From Rhizophagus irregularis (taxonomy: Eukaryota): DNA of 64,000 bases. Numbering within the stretch: position 1 is the stretch's first letter; each line of letters begins with the position of its first letter. The stretch is from assembly GCF_026210795.1 (NCBI RefSeq), contig NC_089434.1:3596001-3660000 (forward strand). Reading direction: 5' to 3'. The notes below the pieces were generated by a model. It was not told where the DNA came from. It saw only the letters and a program-made list of their open reading frames with translations, and searched no databases. A program made the position numbers and the translations under genes. Shown one piece after another: positions 27,690 to 40,154 of the stretch.

Positions 27690-28240
27690 TGGAAACGTTT
27701 GCAACCAACTCATACAACTGAATTAAAGAATCTGCTTTACACGCAGAAAAAAAGCATTTAATTCGTATATAAAATGCTTTACGAAGACGGATGAGTCTAT
27801 CAGTTTGTGCTGTAAAAGGGAATAAACTTGTTTTTCTCCAGAGTTTAGAATGGTAAGTTTAAAGAAAGGAGAAGAAAAAATTTTTTTTTTTTCGTAGGAA
27901 ATATTCCTTTTAAAGGAAGTACGACATTATAAGGTTTATCTGTATGACAACCCTATTAGCATTCACCCAAAAATTTTAAGGAGTAAGAAATAAGCAAATC
28001 CATTCTCTTAACTAGGGTACTGCTGTTTCCGTTAGTTCTTTTGCTGTATCAAAGAGAAGAGCCAATCATTAACGTTGACCTGAATTAAATTTAATGAAAA
28101 AAAAAACAAGAAAAAAAAAACTTATCAAATAAATCAAAAATGACATTCGAAATCATCTTTGACGCTTTTAAATAAACTTGTAGAACAAGCAAAACAAACC
28201 ACTGCACCTTTATTTTTAAAGATACTTATTAAATTTTTTT
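27690..28240 (+). pseudogene. Pseudogene paralog of the 11608-12282 gene
   Basis: KESALHAEKKHLIRI*NALRRRMSLSVCAVKGNKLVFLQSLE aligns to EESALRAEEKRLIRMKNTLWRRLGSSICVEKGNKLVSSKSLK. Same-phase intron at 27853-28035. A degenerate downstream QTTAPLF corresponds to QTTNHLF. Boundaries approximate. Confidence 0.75.
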
Positions 28241-29011
28241 ACATAAATTTTTGTTATAAGGTCACGGGATACATGGCACGTATAGAAAAACAGTGAGTAC
28301 AAATCTAAAGCCATTATTAAGTTTGCTCCATCCCCTTGAGCTCATAACGCTAAAGCAACAGGGATTAGGCCCTAAAAAAATCACCCGTCACCAAAAAAAA
28401 AATTATACAAGTGAATCTTCCAGTTTATATTTCCAAAAAAGCTTGTTTCCTAATTGTATAATAAGATTAAAATTAAAGGTGTTAGTAAGAAATAAATATC
28501 CATCACCGGAATCAGCGTCAAATTTTTTTTCTTACCACTAAATGTCATCATTATAATGAATTAGAAAAAATTGAGGGTAAATGAAGCATTTAAGTTCTAA
28601 TAAATTTCATGGTAGTTTTATCTTTTTTTCTGATTTGTGCATCACAGCCATCACTAATTCGTAGCCACAGGTTGATGTTTTATCCCTGTACTTTACCGAA
28701 GACATCTACACTACAAGTAGAGATAGATTACTGTATATATCTCACCGCTTGATCATTCAGTAGAATTACGAAAAACTGTGAAATAAATTTAGAAATTTAA
28801 AAGTGATAATAGTTTGTTAGTCCGCTAGCGAAGAATAAAAAAAAATGACAAAAGTAAGTAGGTATAGTTTGCAGTTAGCTAATATAGAAATGTCATGCGT
28901 GGCTAAGTTCCGATCATGTTTAAACTATATTTTTATTAATCCACATAAAAATGATAAAATCAAGCAAAAAATTAAAACTTTTAATTTAAATTCTAAATGA
29001 CATTTCATCTC

Positions 29012-29980
29012 GTCAACTATTGTGGGTTTTTTGATAAATATCACACCGGAGTTTTTTTCATATAATCTTTAGTTTCTCTGGCTAATATATCCCATTCCAC
29101 TATCTCGATTAATTCTTCTTGTTTTGCTTGCTCTCTAGCTTTGTAATTTTTGATTATCTCTCTTCCAAGCTTGCCAGTCATAATTTCTAAGAGGATCATT
29201 TTCTATTTTGTAATCTTTTAATTGTTCAGCAAGTTTCCCGTACAATAAAGTTTTCTTTTAAAGTAAGCTCCCGTCAAACCCAAATCAGAAGCGGTGGCAT
29301 TGAAATTGAAAAAATTTTCAGGCAAATACTCCAAACCACTATCAACGTCAGTATTAGCGATACCTATTTCCTTTAAATAGGTGAAATCCCTTAATGGCTT
29401 TAAAGAACCATAAAAAGGATTGTTAACGATACATAATCTCTCTAAATTAATAAAGGGAGTAAAACAACTTAGATCTTGGGCAGGAAATTTGTTGTTGTTC
29501 ATGCGGAGAGTGACCAACCTGACCGGATTTAGAGTTTTTAAAAATTCTAAACTTGTTAATTTGCAGCCAAAAGCCCACAACAAAAAATTTTTTCAATTCT
29601 ATTTAATCCAGTAAAATCTAAATTAGTTAAATGGTTTCAATTTGTCGGTTATTAGATATATCTATATTGGTAAGTTGATTTCTGGAACAATGTAATTCAC
29701 GGATATGCGGGCAATCGGATACATCTAATTTAGTAATTTTGTGGCCACTGATATCCAACGATTCCAAATTAACGAACCTTTTTAAAGATAAGGGACCTTC
29801 TAAAGTAACATTGTTTTCAATTATGCTATTGTTTATTACATTATTGAGAAAAGCTGGCAAGGGTCGACCCTTCATAAAATGTGAAAGTAAATTATCTCCC
29901 ATTACTTTTAAACCTTGTTTAGGTCCTATTCTTTTGACTTCTGCCTTTGCATCGGAATTGGGATATTTTCTATCCAACCT
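29012..29980 (-). pseudogene. LRR protein pseudogene (paralog of 40809-41837 and 43037-43915)
   Basis: Fragments 29627-29977 and 29218-29583 are highly similar to the intact paralogs. The start (MxxAQEW) is lost and there are several frameshifts. Confidence 0.9.
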
Positions 29981-30489
29981 ATATTTAATTTTGTCTATTC
30001 AGTCTAACTTAAATTTTAAAATAAAAGTGATTTTAAAAAAAATAATAATAGAACTTTTATTAGTTGCGAAAGAAGAAGTTACATTAACGTATATTTTAGA
30101 AAACCTATAAAATGCTACATATACGATATGCAATGTGATTTATTAACCTTAACGGTTATACCAAACGCCTCCTACCATTCTCACAATGATGATTGACGCT
30201 AAAACCCTATTCGTGAATATGAAATTTTGGAAAAAATCAGGGAACGTAACTGTAATTAGTTAATATTTATTTCCTTATTAAGGGACCCATTTTGTCAAAC
30301 GTTGCAGGGATTGGTAATAAATGGAAATGATGATCCCGGACTAGGAATAATATATTCCGTGATAGCCGTAAAACAATAGACAAAAAATATCAATTTCACG
30401 CTACCTACGTACAAAATTTATTTAATTCTTAGCAAGACGTCTTTACAAAAAATTCTATCATAACCTAATCAGCTCTTTTAACCGTGAGC

Positions 30490-30702
30490 TAGAGTTTCGA
30501 TCAGTAGCGGTTTTATCCGGTTTTTATCCGGATACCGGCTCGGTTAATTTAGGCTGGGACCACCAAAATTAATAAAAATTTATGGAATAATATTATTTTA
30601 ATTCTGGCCGAAATTATAGTCCACTCAAAGCCGAAATTTGTAACCTTTTTAATCATAATCCCACGTTAAAATATTTGAGGTTTTATCCGGATCGAAACAC
30701 TA
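30490..30702. mobile_element. hAT-type MITE, 213 bp
   Basis: TIRs tagagtttcgatc / gatcgaaacacta. 8-bp TSD ccgtgagc at 30482-89 and 30703-10. Absent from the paralogous LRR upstream region near 42370. Confidence 0.85.
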
Positions 30703-30958
30703 CCGTGAGCGTTACGTATACTGTGTAACTCTTTTCCACACTTGGAAAGTTTACATAGGATTTACATAGAATTATAAAAAAATTTTTTTTTATAATACAA
30801 TTGAAAAATACCGTAATTTTCCTATATTGGCATAATCATTTAGGAATAGTTTTTTTTCGCGCCTGCATCTCCCTTTTTAATTATGTAGATCATTTTGATC
30901 ACATGACTTCGTTAAGATTTCCCATTTTTAAAAAATCCTGACGTGAGACCTTATGCAC

Positions 30959-33900
30959 ACGATGGACCAGATATACAATCTCGTATTGATTATATATTCA
31001 CTTCATCCAACATTCTTCAATATAGTTTTTATGCTTATACTCATAGCGTTTCTGAAGACCTCTTTACTACAGATCATAAGGCTCTAAGTTGTTACTTGAC
31101 TCAAGATTATTTTAGAAATAAATCTAATAGCTCTAGGAAAAGCTTAGAAAAATCACCCACGTACAAACCTAATACTAATCCTCAAATTCGCTACAAATAC
31201 AGTTCTATGACCACAGAATCTTGGTCTAATTACAAACTTACCAACGGTATTATATATCGTCAACAAATCAATAATCCAACTTCACCGGACAAAACACTGG
31301 AACAACAAATTGAATTCTATTGGTCTAATATCAAAGATATTATTAACCAAACTAAAAAAAAATGTATTCCCTTTTCCGAATATAAGAAATACACGAAACA
31401 TGATCGTCCCCTTTATTTAAGACAAAATAATAACAAAATACTTACACTTCGTACGATTTTACGAAAATTCTCTAATACCAAAATTAATAGAATACAAGGT
31501 GACCACGATAAATGGAAAGACTACTGGAAACCTTGGGGCATATTACGACAACAAATTTTGATCATAGACGTTCACTTCAATGCCAAACGTACTATTTGGT
31601 TACCAGTTAATTTGACAATAGATAATATATCCGATGTCAAAAAAGATTTACAAAGCCTTTTAAGAGTAATCATTGTGTTACATAAAAAAGAAGAAGATTT
31701 ATGGACTATCAATAATATTAATAAATATATTAACGATAGGAATAATAATTTAGTCCACGATCAAAAAAGGATGATTAATAGTATCCTTGAACGTAAACCT
31801 CAAAAAATAACCTTAGATCGTTTACATTATTACGATCAACAAACTAATCAATTTCAATTTACCAATAATCCACATATTATAGCAGAACAGAGTAATTTAC
31901 ATTTTCAACGTTTAGGTAAAGACCTTAACGAAATTAATAACGTTAAAAAGTATAAGTCAATTCAAGACCTCCCGTTATATTGGAGATCAACTTACGAACC
32001 TATCAATAATCGTGATTGTAAACATATGAACTCATTATCGGAGGATTTCTCAATTGAAGAACTTTCCCAAGTCATTTCATCACTTCCAAATAATAAAGCT
32101 GCAAACATCTCTGGCATTACTTACGAAGATATCAAACATACACATCAAGATTTCAGAGAATATATTAAACAATTTTTTAATTATATTATGCAGGTCCAAA
32201 TTTATCCACGGGATTGGTTACATGCATTTCTCTTCCCTATACCCAAACCGAAGGCTTGGGACTGCAAAATAGAAAACACACGACCTATAGTCTTGTTGGA
32301 AACGTTCCAAAAACTATTTGTTAAAATTTTGACACAAAGAATTAACACTACGCTTACGATGTACAACCTGATTAATGAAAACAATCAGGCAGGTTTGACG
32401 GGACAATCAACGTTACAACCATTACAAGTTATCCAACATATAATTGAATCTGCTTATAAGGACAAAAAACAACTTTGGATTGGTTTACAAGACCTTAGCA
32501 AGGCTTATGATAGAGTTAATTTATCTCTATTGAAATTAGCTTTAGAACGCCTCCACTTTCCCGATAAAATCACTACTCTTTTAATATTCTTATTTAGTGA
32601 TCGGAAAAATAATGTTATATTACCTTTTGGCTTATCCGCTGACTATGATGTAATTCAAGGCATAGACCAAGGCGAAGTCATTAGTCCGATATTATGGATT
32701 ATTTATTATGATCCCATGTTTTCACACTTGTCACAATTAACGGAGAATTTACATATTACCCGTATCAAAAAAATTAATAATATATACCAACCGGATACAG
32801 ACCTACAGATAGATTACTCATCGTCAGTGGTGGGTTACCTTGATGACACCAGTTGGTTCGCCTTAGAGCTCCGAATGGGTCAGGTCAGGTCAGGTTAATT
32901 GATAAACCTGACCTGAAATTTTTTTTCAGGTCAGGTCAGGTCAGGTTATATCAGGTTGTCTGTTTGACCTGACCTGACCTGAAACCTGAAAATTTTCAGG
33001 ACTATTTTTATTAAAGTATTGAAAAAAAATGGTACAAAACTTTTTTTTTAATATAATATTATGAAAAAAAACGTTTTTGCAACGTTTTTTATTAAAATAT
33101 TGAAAAAAAATATTGCAAAACGTTTTTTTAATATAACATTATGAAAAAAATGTTTTCGCAACATTATTATTGAAATATCAAAAAAAAAACGTTACGAAAC
33201 ATTTTTTTAATATAATATTATGAAAAAACGTTTTCGCAACGTTTTTTTCTCGAAATATTGCGATTCAACATTTTTATATTGATTTTGTATAAAAAAAGTG
33301 AGTTGCGGTATTGCGATTCACTTTTTTTATATAGAATTAATATAAAAAAGTGAATCGCAATATCGCAACTCACTTTTATTATATAAAATCTATATAAAAA
33401 AGTGAATCGCAATACCGCAACTCACTTTTTTTATACAAAATCAATATAAAAAAGTGAATCGCAATACCGCAACTCACTTTTTTTATATAGAATCTATATA
33501 AAAAAGTGAATCGCAATACTGCAACTCACTTTTATTATATAAAATCAATATAAAAAAGTGAATCGCAATACTGCAACTCACTTTTATTATATAGTAGAAT
33601 CAATAGTTTCAGGTCAACAGGTCAATCAGGTCAGGTCAATCTTCATACCTGACCTGAATTTTTTTTAAAAATCTCATACCTGACCTGAATTTCAGGTCAG
33701 GTCAGGTCAGGTTACCTGAATTTGGCTGACCTGTTCGGAGCTCTAGTTCGCCTCTTCCAAATCACAATTGGAATCCAATCTGCAAATAGCGAATTCCTTT
33801 TACGATATGGCGAATATCACCATTAATCATGACAAATATACTATCCTTACTAATAACCCTAAATTTTGTAATAAGGAATTACAATTCCAGGTCACCCCCT

Positions 33901-36900
33901 CCAAATCAATTACAATTAGAACAGCGCCGCGTGCTTCGTCCAACCGAATTCTTGGAATTTACATCAACGCATTTAATTCACATACGCCAACGTTAAAAAA
34001 GATTAAACAAATAGTTAATCACTTCGCGTATACAATGCGCTTCAAGAAAATAACCCATGACCACCTTATTTACATTATTAACAAAGTATTATTACCTAAA
34101 TTGGAGTATATCAACCAATTTACTATTTTCACACGTTCACAATGTGATTCTTTATTAGCCCCTGTTAAAAAACTTTTCAAACAACATTTAAAATTACCAA
34201 TATCTACACATAATAACATTATTCATAACAAACTATTTCCGTCTATTAATAGTTTTTTTTACAACCAATTTTATTCACATATATCAATAGTTAACGTTAT
34301 TTTTAATACCCCTATGTTTTCTACTATTGGTTTACAAAAAATTTTAACTACACAATATGATTTTTGGATCCCTAATTTTCCTACGTCTAAAGATCTATCT
34401 AATTCTATTTTTTCAAATTATCAATCCCTTTTAACTCGACAATTACGTTTATTTAATAAGTTTTATATTACTTTCTTACCACACTGTAATACATCTGTTT
34501 CCGGTGGTGGTAATTCCATAGTATCCTACTTTAATTCACATCAGCTCTTAGATTCTTTATCAAGTAGCGACCTCCAAAGCTTGCAGAAAAAATGCATAAT
34601 GTTCATGGACCAGTTAGCGTCCATTGATGGTTCCTACCTAAGCACCTGGAAAGATGTTAAAAAACAAAACCCTAAGGCAAATTTTAAAGGACCTACACCC
34701 AAGTGGTTTCAATGACTTGAAAAATCCAACATTATTGCGGCCAAAAGTTCGCGCCGCCTTTTACAAAATTTAATTGTTTCCCCACCAGCGCGATATGACT
34801 CTATGTCACCTCCTATACGAAAAGCCTCTAACTATCGCCCTAAGAATGAATGGACTATTTCTTGGGACTTAGTACACCAATGTGAACTATATGGCAAGAC
34901 GATTGAACAACAAAATGACCTATACGGTACTAGCCTTACTTATCGAACACATTATATACCAGTGGTAGACGCTGATACTAGACCCAATTTAACACCCAAA
35001 AAAGTTACATCTATTTTACGCCCTTGTCCTGGTCAATATGGTCATAGTGTACCTTTTAGTGGCGATTTACGCCCAAAATGTATTATCGTTTCCCTAACAT
35101 CACATTTGATTCTTTTTAATGTTCATGCAAAAAAATTTATACCTAACAAACAATTTTTAAAATTAGAAAAATTTTTTATTTTTCCAGTTACACCTTTACA
35201 TACACTTCGTACACAAGCGTTTACGTTTAGTAAACATAGATTAATTATACCCAATGTTTTACCTTCAACGGTTCCTATTTTATCTATATTAGATTCTTAC
35301 TTAGATGAGAATTCGGAAACATTTTATAATCCGAATAATTTAAATTTAAATATTTCTTCTTCTCTTTTCATTAATAATATATTTGTAGGAAATAGAGATT
35401 TGATTATTCAACTTTTAGAAATAGCTAAAAAATTTTTGTTACGAAAGAATTTTACTTTTTATACTGATGGTTCTTTTTCTAGAATAGATGTTACTTCTTC
35501 TACTCAAACTCAAATGGGTTTTGCTTGGATAGAAACTACTGATGTAACTCCTAATTCAGACCCTCCTCCGCCATCATACAAAGGCGCTTTATCTTTTAAC
35601 CCGTCTTCTACCAAAGCGGAAGTTTATGCTTTACTCACGGCAATTATGGCAGTACCCGATAATAGTGAACTGGATGTTTTTACGGATTCACTTAATGTTA
35701 TCCATACTTTTCATTTAGTCACGAACAAATTAACTTCTATAAGAAGATCCTTGAAATGTAATAACCACTTAGCGTGGCGCTTGATCGATATCTTAATCAC
35801 GAAAAAATCCTTGATTGTTAGATTACACAAAGTCAAAGCTCACTCCAATGATTATTGGAACGACATGGCTGATAGTTTAGCCAATGTTGCACACCAACTT
35901 GCACCTTTTGAAATCAACCCTACAAACTTACCGGGCTCATTAATGACTCCTATTTGGGCTTCTATAGCACCGATTGATCGCGATATTAGAAAATTTTGTC
36001 ATAACTTAACAGATGTTTATACTTTTAATCAATTCTTGGGCAACCCTTCACTCTCACCTATTTTTGATAGGTTCCCCTTACAGTCAATTCATTGGCCTCT
36101 TACCCGAGCGTGGTTACAATTTAATTCCACGCCCGATGTATGCAGCTCTACTAAATCATCACACAACGCTTTCAAAATCAAAGCACTTAATCATATTCTC
36201 CCTTGCGGTGATGTCCTCACTAAACATTACCCTGACTTTTACCCTAATAATTACATACCTTGTCCGGTGTGTAACACTCATCAAGATACTAATGAACATC
36301 TGGGAATTTGTTCAAACCTTTTACCGGTCATTAACAAAATTTTAGAGGAACACAAACGGATATTACAACGCCTCCTTGAGGAGAACACTTCATATAATTC
36401 TGTCCTCATATCACAATCAGTCGCTCAATTTGAGCTACTATCACCAATTTCGGGTTCGAACTCTTATAATCATCCCATATATTTAATTATACACCAATTT
36501 GTTTCACAAGATTTTTATAACCTTGTTCGGTCCTTTACTTTCAATGATAAACTCACTCGTTCAATTATATGGGAATTTTTAATATCATTTCATGAACACA
36601 TTTACCAAGAAATATGGCCTAAACATTGCTCTTTATTGAAATTATGGGAACAACGTAATGGAATTACACCCAAACGTAAACGTGATTTTCGAAGGAAAAA
36701 ACCAAAGAAGTCACGTGATCACCAATTAACTCAACCTACTGCTCGACCTAGAATTGCCTCTTCTTCTCATCACGGATCGCAAAATCTTTCGCATCCCAGA
36801 GCCCAGACGAACTCCTCACCCTCAGATGGTATTTCTCGCCGTTCGTTTCACCCTTGGACCTCTACGGCACCGTCTACTCGTCCTCCTCACCTGCCGCATC

Positions 36901-37070
36901 TACTGATGTGGTTGATTTTGTGTACATGTAATTTTTTACATTCTGGTGGATGGTTATCTTCTGTCCGGCATCCTAGTAGTTTCGAGTTAGATATAGATAA
37001 TTTTTCTTCTTTATGTAATTTTAGATTTAATTTTTTTTGTTCTTCTTTTTCGTTCGATAGTACTTTCTAG
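30959..37070 (+). pseudogene. LINE ORF2 (pol), disrupted by 5' truncation, a MITE insertion and one in-frame TGA at 34713-15
   Basis: Removing 32864-33753 restores YLDDTSWFASSKSQLESNL in frame. The 87 nt between 34715 and 34803 are open in the same frame. Confidence 0.9.
32864..33745. mobile_element. hAT-type non-autonomous element (882 bp) inserted in the RT domain
   Basis: Perfect 12-bp TIRs tagagctccgaa / ttcggagctcta. 8-bp TSD gttcgcct at 32856-63 and 33746-53. Subterminal (caggt)n arrays and internal tandem/inverted aaaaaagtgaatcgcaataccgcaactcactttt repeats. Confidence 0.93.
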
Positions 37071-37542
37071 ACTCCCAGTTATGCCTGATTGTTCTATTGA
37101 ATAGAGGGCAAGACGACCCCTTCGGGCTCCTCCTGAGAGGTTGGGTTTATTATTAGCTTAGAATTTATTGTTCTTTTAGATCATGTTTATTCTTATTTAG
37201 TGTTTGACCCCAGTCGAGTCTGTATTTTAAAAATAAAAATAAAATAAAAAAGACCTTATGCACTTACTATATACTATAAGAAACCTTGTACTAGGACCTA
37301 GAAATTCAGGTTTGAGTTTGCGTATTTTGAACTAAAAAAATCATGAAATTCTTCCCTTTTTTAGATAATTTTTAATAATACCAGTCAGAGTTTTATTTCC
37401 TATTATAGTAACTGACTGACATTATCATAATTCCGGCCCTGAAAAAATGTGTACAGCTTCATAGTAAAAAATTTTTTCATCACCTGACCCTATATATATT
37501 TCTGGGTCAGATATTACCTAATATCACTTTAATATAAGAGCT

Positions 37543-40154
37543 GAGAAAAAACTCTTTCCCCTTTTTCTCCATTTTGTTAGTTTTCCGCAGTAATTTTGCG
37601 CAAATTTAATTTTTTAGTTTCCATTTGAAACACCTAAAGGGAAGAGGCCCTAAAGGGCGCCTCGGGCATAAGACGAGGTTTTATTGTTCTCATTACACCC
37701 ATACTCAAAGGGTTGGTTATGTCTTATTTTTTAAGAGCCGATGACTTTGCTCCTGCACCAAGATACGACCATACACCTGCTGGTTTTGACGACTTCATTT
37801 TCAACTATGATACTTCACGAACAGTACCTCTTACTGAAGACAGTTTATCAGATACACCTTCATTTCATAACAATTTTGAGGATATCAGGCCCTTTTCTTC
37901 GCCTAATAAAAATTATATTTTTTCTACAAAATACGAAAAGTTTCACGTGACTCCACATCAAAGAGCCGGTTATAACAAGATTTACAATTTTAGGTGCTCA
38001 AAAAGTTTCTTTTTTGAGCTGGTTGATCATTTACCAAACACCAATCAACTTCAATTGAAGATTTACACAAATGATTATCATATGTCCTCTATCCCGATTA
38101 ATCACAACTCCACGAGTCAACTCCCGAATTTCAAATTTCAAATATTGAAACAGCTCACACACTTTTTTTCAACACAAAAAGTTATCCCTCGAAGATTGCA
38201 AGAAAAATTTTTTACATATATTCGTAAAAAACTATTGGAGCGCTTGGATTTTATAGCATCACGTGCCCAAAAAAAGAACAAAAATAATCACATGACTAAA
38301 ACTTTTTTTAATTTTTCGTATAAAAAATATAGATTTTATTTTGGAATTTACCTTCCATGTAATCATACTCATACAGTGGGTCCGTTGACCAATACTGCCG
38401 CGACCTGTTCCATTCCGGTTCCTTTCACAATGTCACATTATCGTCACGCCTGTATTATTCACCACAAGAAACTAGTCCTATATTTCCTCTCGAAGGATAA
38501 CAAAATTCCTGATGTTAGTAATTGCAAAACATTCAAAGACTTTCATGCAACTCGCCTCTACAACAGATGGGTTAAGAAGAAGAAATATCAGAATTTTTCA
38601 AACCGATTAGGAATTTCTTTCACCACATCATACCAAGCGTATAACACTAATGTCGTCGCTACAAAAGGACTTGATTTTATTTACGGCAAAAAATATGGGA
38701 ATCTTCAATTTACTCCCAGTTCATCTCCAAAAGTCAAGAAAAGACAAGAAGCACACTTTAATGCTTTGGTTAGGCATACCTTTCACAACGCCAAGCTGGA
38801 TGATAATGCGCAGACGGATGATAAACTCCGAGCTGCAAGACGTTACAAATTATTATTTCAAGAAAATCAACTATTCACCGCTCCTATCAAACATCTTCGA
38901 TATAAAAAAAAATTTATCGAACCTTCAACCGGTTACTATACCTTTCCGATTCCACTTCTTAAAATTAAGACCGTATCTGCATCTGCTATAGCGGAGACAA
39001 TTTGTAACGTTAGCTCTGTCGCTACTACGTTAAATGATAATCCTACATCCTCAGTCAATACTGACAATTGGGAGAACGTACCTGAACATTATATTCCGTT
39101 AATTCCTCAATCTGCAATTTACGAAGGTGGTTTATTGAATCAACCTTCTTGTATGAAAATCTGGAAAAAGAAATTACAACCACTTGCAGTTGGCAGTGCT
39201 GGCTGGTTAGCTCACATGAAAGAAATCTATGATGATCATAGTGAAAGGATGGAATATGAACAAGAAAGAATAATTGCTGGAATACAATGGGATACGACTC
39301 CCGATCAAGGCGAATACCGAAAGGATCTATGTAATCTCGTAATGGAATTCACTGACGCTCATTACAATTATGCGAAGAAATTGATTGAAATGTCATCAGA
39401 AGTAATACCCGATTTACCGACCGTATCTGGACCACTTAAACAAAGTGAACGCAAAAAAATGCAAAAACAACGATTACAAAAATTTAAAGAAATTGAACAA
39501 AAAAGATGCGAAGATACTGAAATCTTAGAAGATTTACGCTCTCGGGTTGACACTTATGAAAATTATTTTGTCGTCGGTTATTATGGGAATGAAATCGGTT
39601 TGGCATTTCAGCCTTGTGCCATTATGGATGAGAGACTACTTAAACGACGTGCCAATGATAATGGCAATTTAGATACTCATTATAGTTATCATAAAGATAA
39701 AAAGGTTTGTATATTATCCGCCTCAAAGGATTTAGGAAATGGTCCATCTGCTCGTACTATCTAAGTTCCCGTTAGTCAAATTTTTATATATAGATTTATG
39801 AATATATTAGTTTCTAGTTGTATATGCTTATTAGCATTTTAGTTCATTTTTTTACGATAGATTTTTAACAACTTGAAATAGTGTAAAACATTCCACCTCT
39901 CACAGTATTTACAGGTGGCAGCCCTATGGGCTGAAAGAAAAATACGGATTAGTGCTCGTCATTTAATTGTTCTTCCCTCTACCTGCTCCTTCATCGGTCG
40001 TGTTGTTGGAGTAGTCTATGGTATATAATAATTAGTTAGGGTCTGCCCCTCGGGATAGATGATGGACTAAATGATGGGCGTAATTATTGTAATTAATGCT
40101 CTCTTAGAATAGTCCTTCCGACTTTACATAAAATAAAATAAATAAATAAAATAA
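37543..40154 (+). mobile_element. Retroposed, protein-coding non-autonomous element (2612 bp)
   Basis: 17-bp TSD actttaatataagagct at 37526-42 and 40155-71. (AAAAT/AAAT)n tail at about 40130-40154. One intronless ORF and hairpin-rich UTRs. Confidence 0.88.
37719..39764 (+). CDS. Uncharacterised basic protein (681 aa from ATG 37719) carried by the retroposed element
   Basis: Long intact intronless ORF with a Lys/Arg/aromatic-rich N-terminal two thirds and a coiled-coil-like C-terminus. No YxDD, APE, DDE or zinc-knuckle motif recognised. Confidence 0.85.
   Translation: MSYFLRADDFAPAPRYDHTPAGFDDFIFNYDTSRTVPLTEDSLSDTPSFHNNFEDIRPFSSPNKNYIFSTKYEKFHVTPHQRAGYNKIYNFRCSKSFFFELVDHLPNTNQLQLKIYTNDYHMSSIPINHNSTSQLPNFKFQILKQLTHFFSTQKVIPRRLQEKFFTYIRKKLLERLDFIASRAQKKNKNNHMTKTFFNFSYKKYRFYFGIYLPCNHTHTVGPLTNTAATCSIPVPFTMSHYRHACIIHHKKLVLYFLSKDNKIPDVSNCKTFKDFHATRLYNRWVKKKKYQNFSNRLGISFTTSYQAYNTNVVATKGLDFIYGKKYGNLQFTPSSSPKVKKRQEAHFNALVRHTFHNAKLDDNAQTDDKLRAARRYKLLFQENQLFTAPIKHLRYKKKFIEPSTGYYTFPIPLLKIKTVSASAIAETICNVSSVATTLNDNPTSSVNTDNWENVPEHYIPLIPQSAIYEGGLLNQPSCMKIWKKKLQPLAVGSAGWLAHMKEIYDDHSERMEYEQERIIAGIQWDTTPDQGEYRKDLCNLVMEFTDAHYNYAKKLIEMSSEVIPDLPTVSGPLKQSERKKMQKQRLQKFKEIEQKRCEDTEILEDLRSRVDTYENYFVVGYYGNEIGLAFQPCAIMDERLLKRRANDNGNLDTHYSYHKDKKVCILSASKDLGNGPSARTI

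Larger units (their letters stand above)
30959..37250 (+). mobile_element. 5'-truncated non-LTR retrotransposon (LINE) with APE C-terminus, RT, RNase H and CCHC motif
   Basis: 13-bp TSD agaccttatgcac at 30946-58 and 37251-63, with an (AAAAT)n tail. Motifs: SRIDYIF and TDH (APE); PIPKPK, RPIVLL, DLSKAYD, QGEVISP and YLDD (RT); FYTDGS, KAEVYA, TDS and KVKAHS..NDMADSLA (RNase H); CPVC..EHLGIC. Confidence 0.95.

Noticed and set aside
30943..30958. GTG start of the 651-aa ORF
   Set aside because: It lies in flanking DNA and the TSD. The element is 5'-truncated within the APE domain, so this is not a real start.
33290..33590. Regularly spaced ~50-bp repeats resembling a CRISPR array
   Set aside because: The spacers are near-identical A/T tracts, the array lies inside a TIR/TSD-bounded MITE, no cas genes are present, and the context is eukaryotic.
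34713..34715. In-frame TGA as programmed readthrough or alternative genetic code
   Set aside because: The copy is already dead (truncated and MITE-disrupted), and a single C>T change explains it. Other genes use TGG for Trp.
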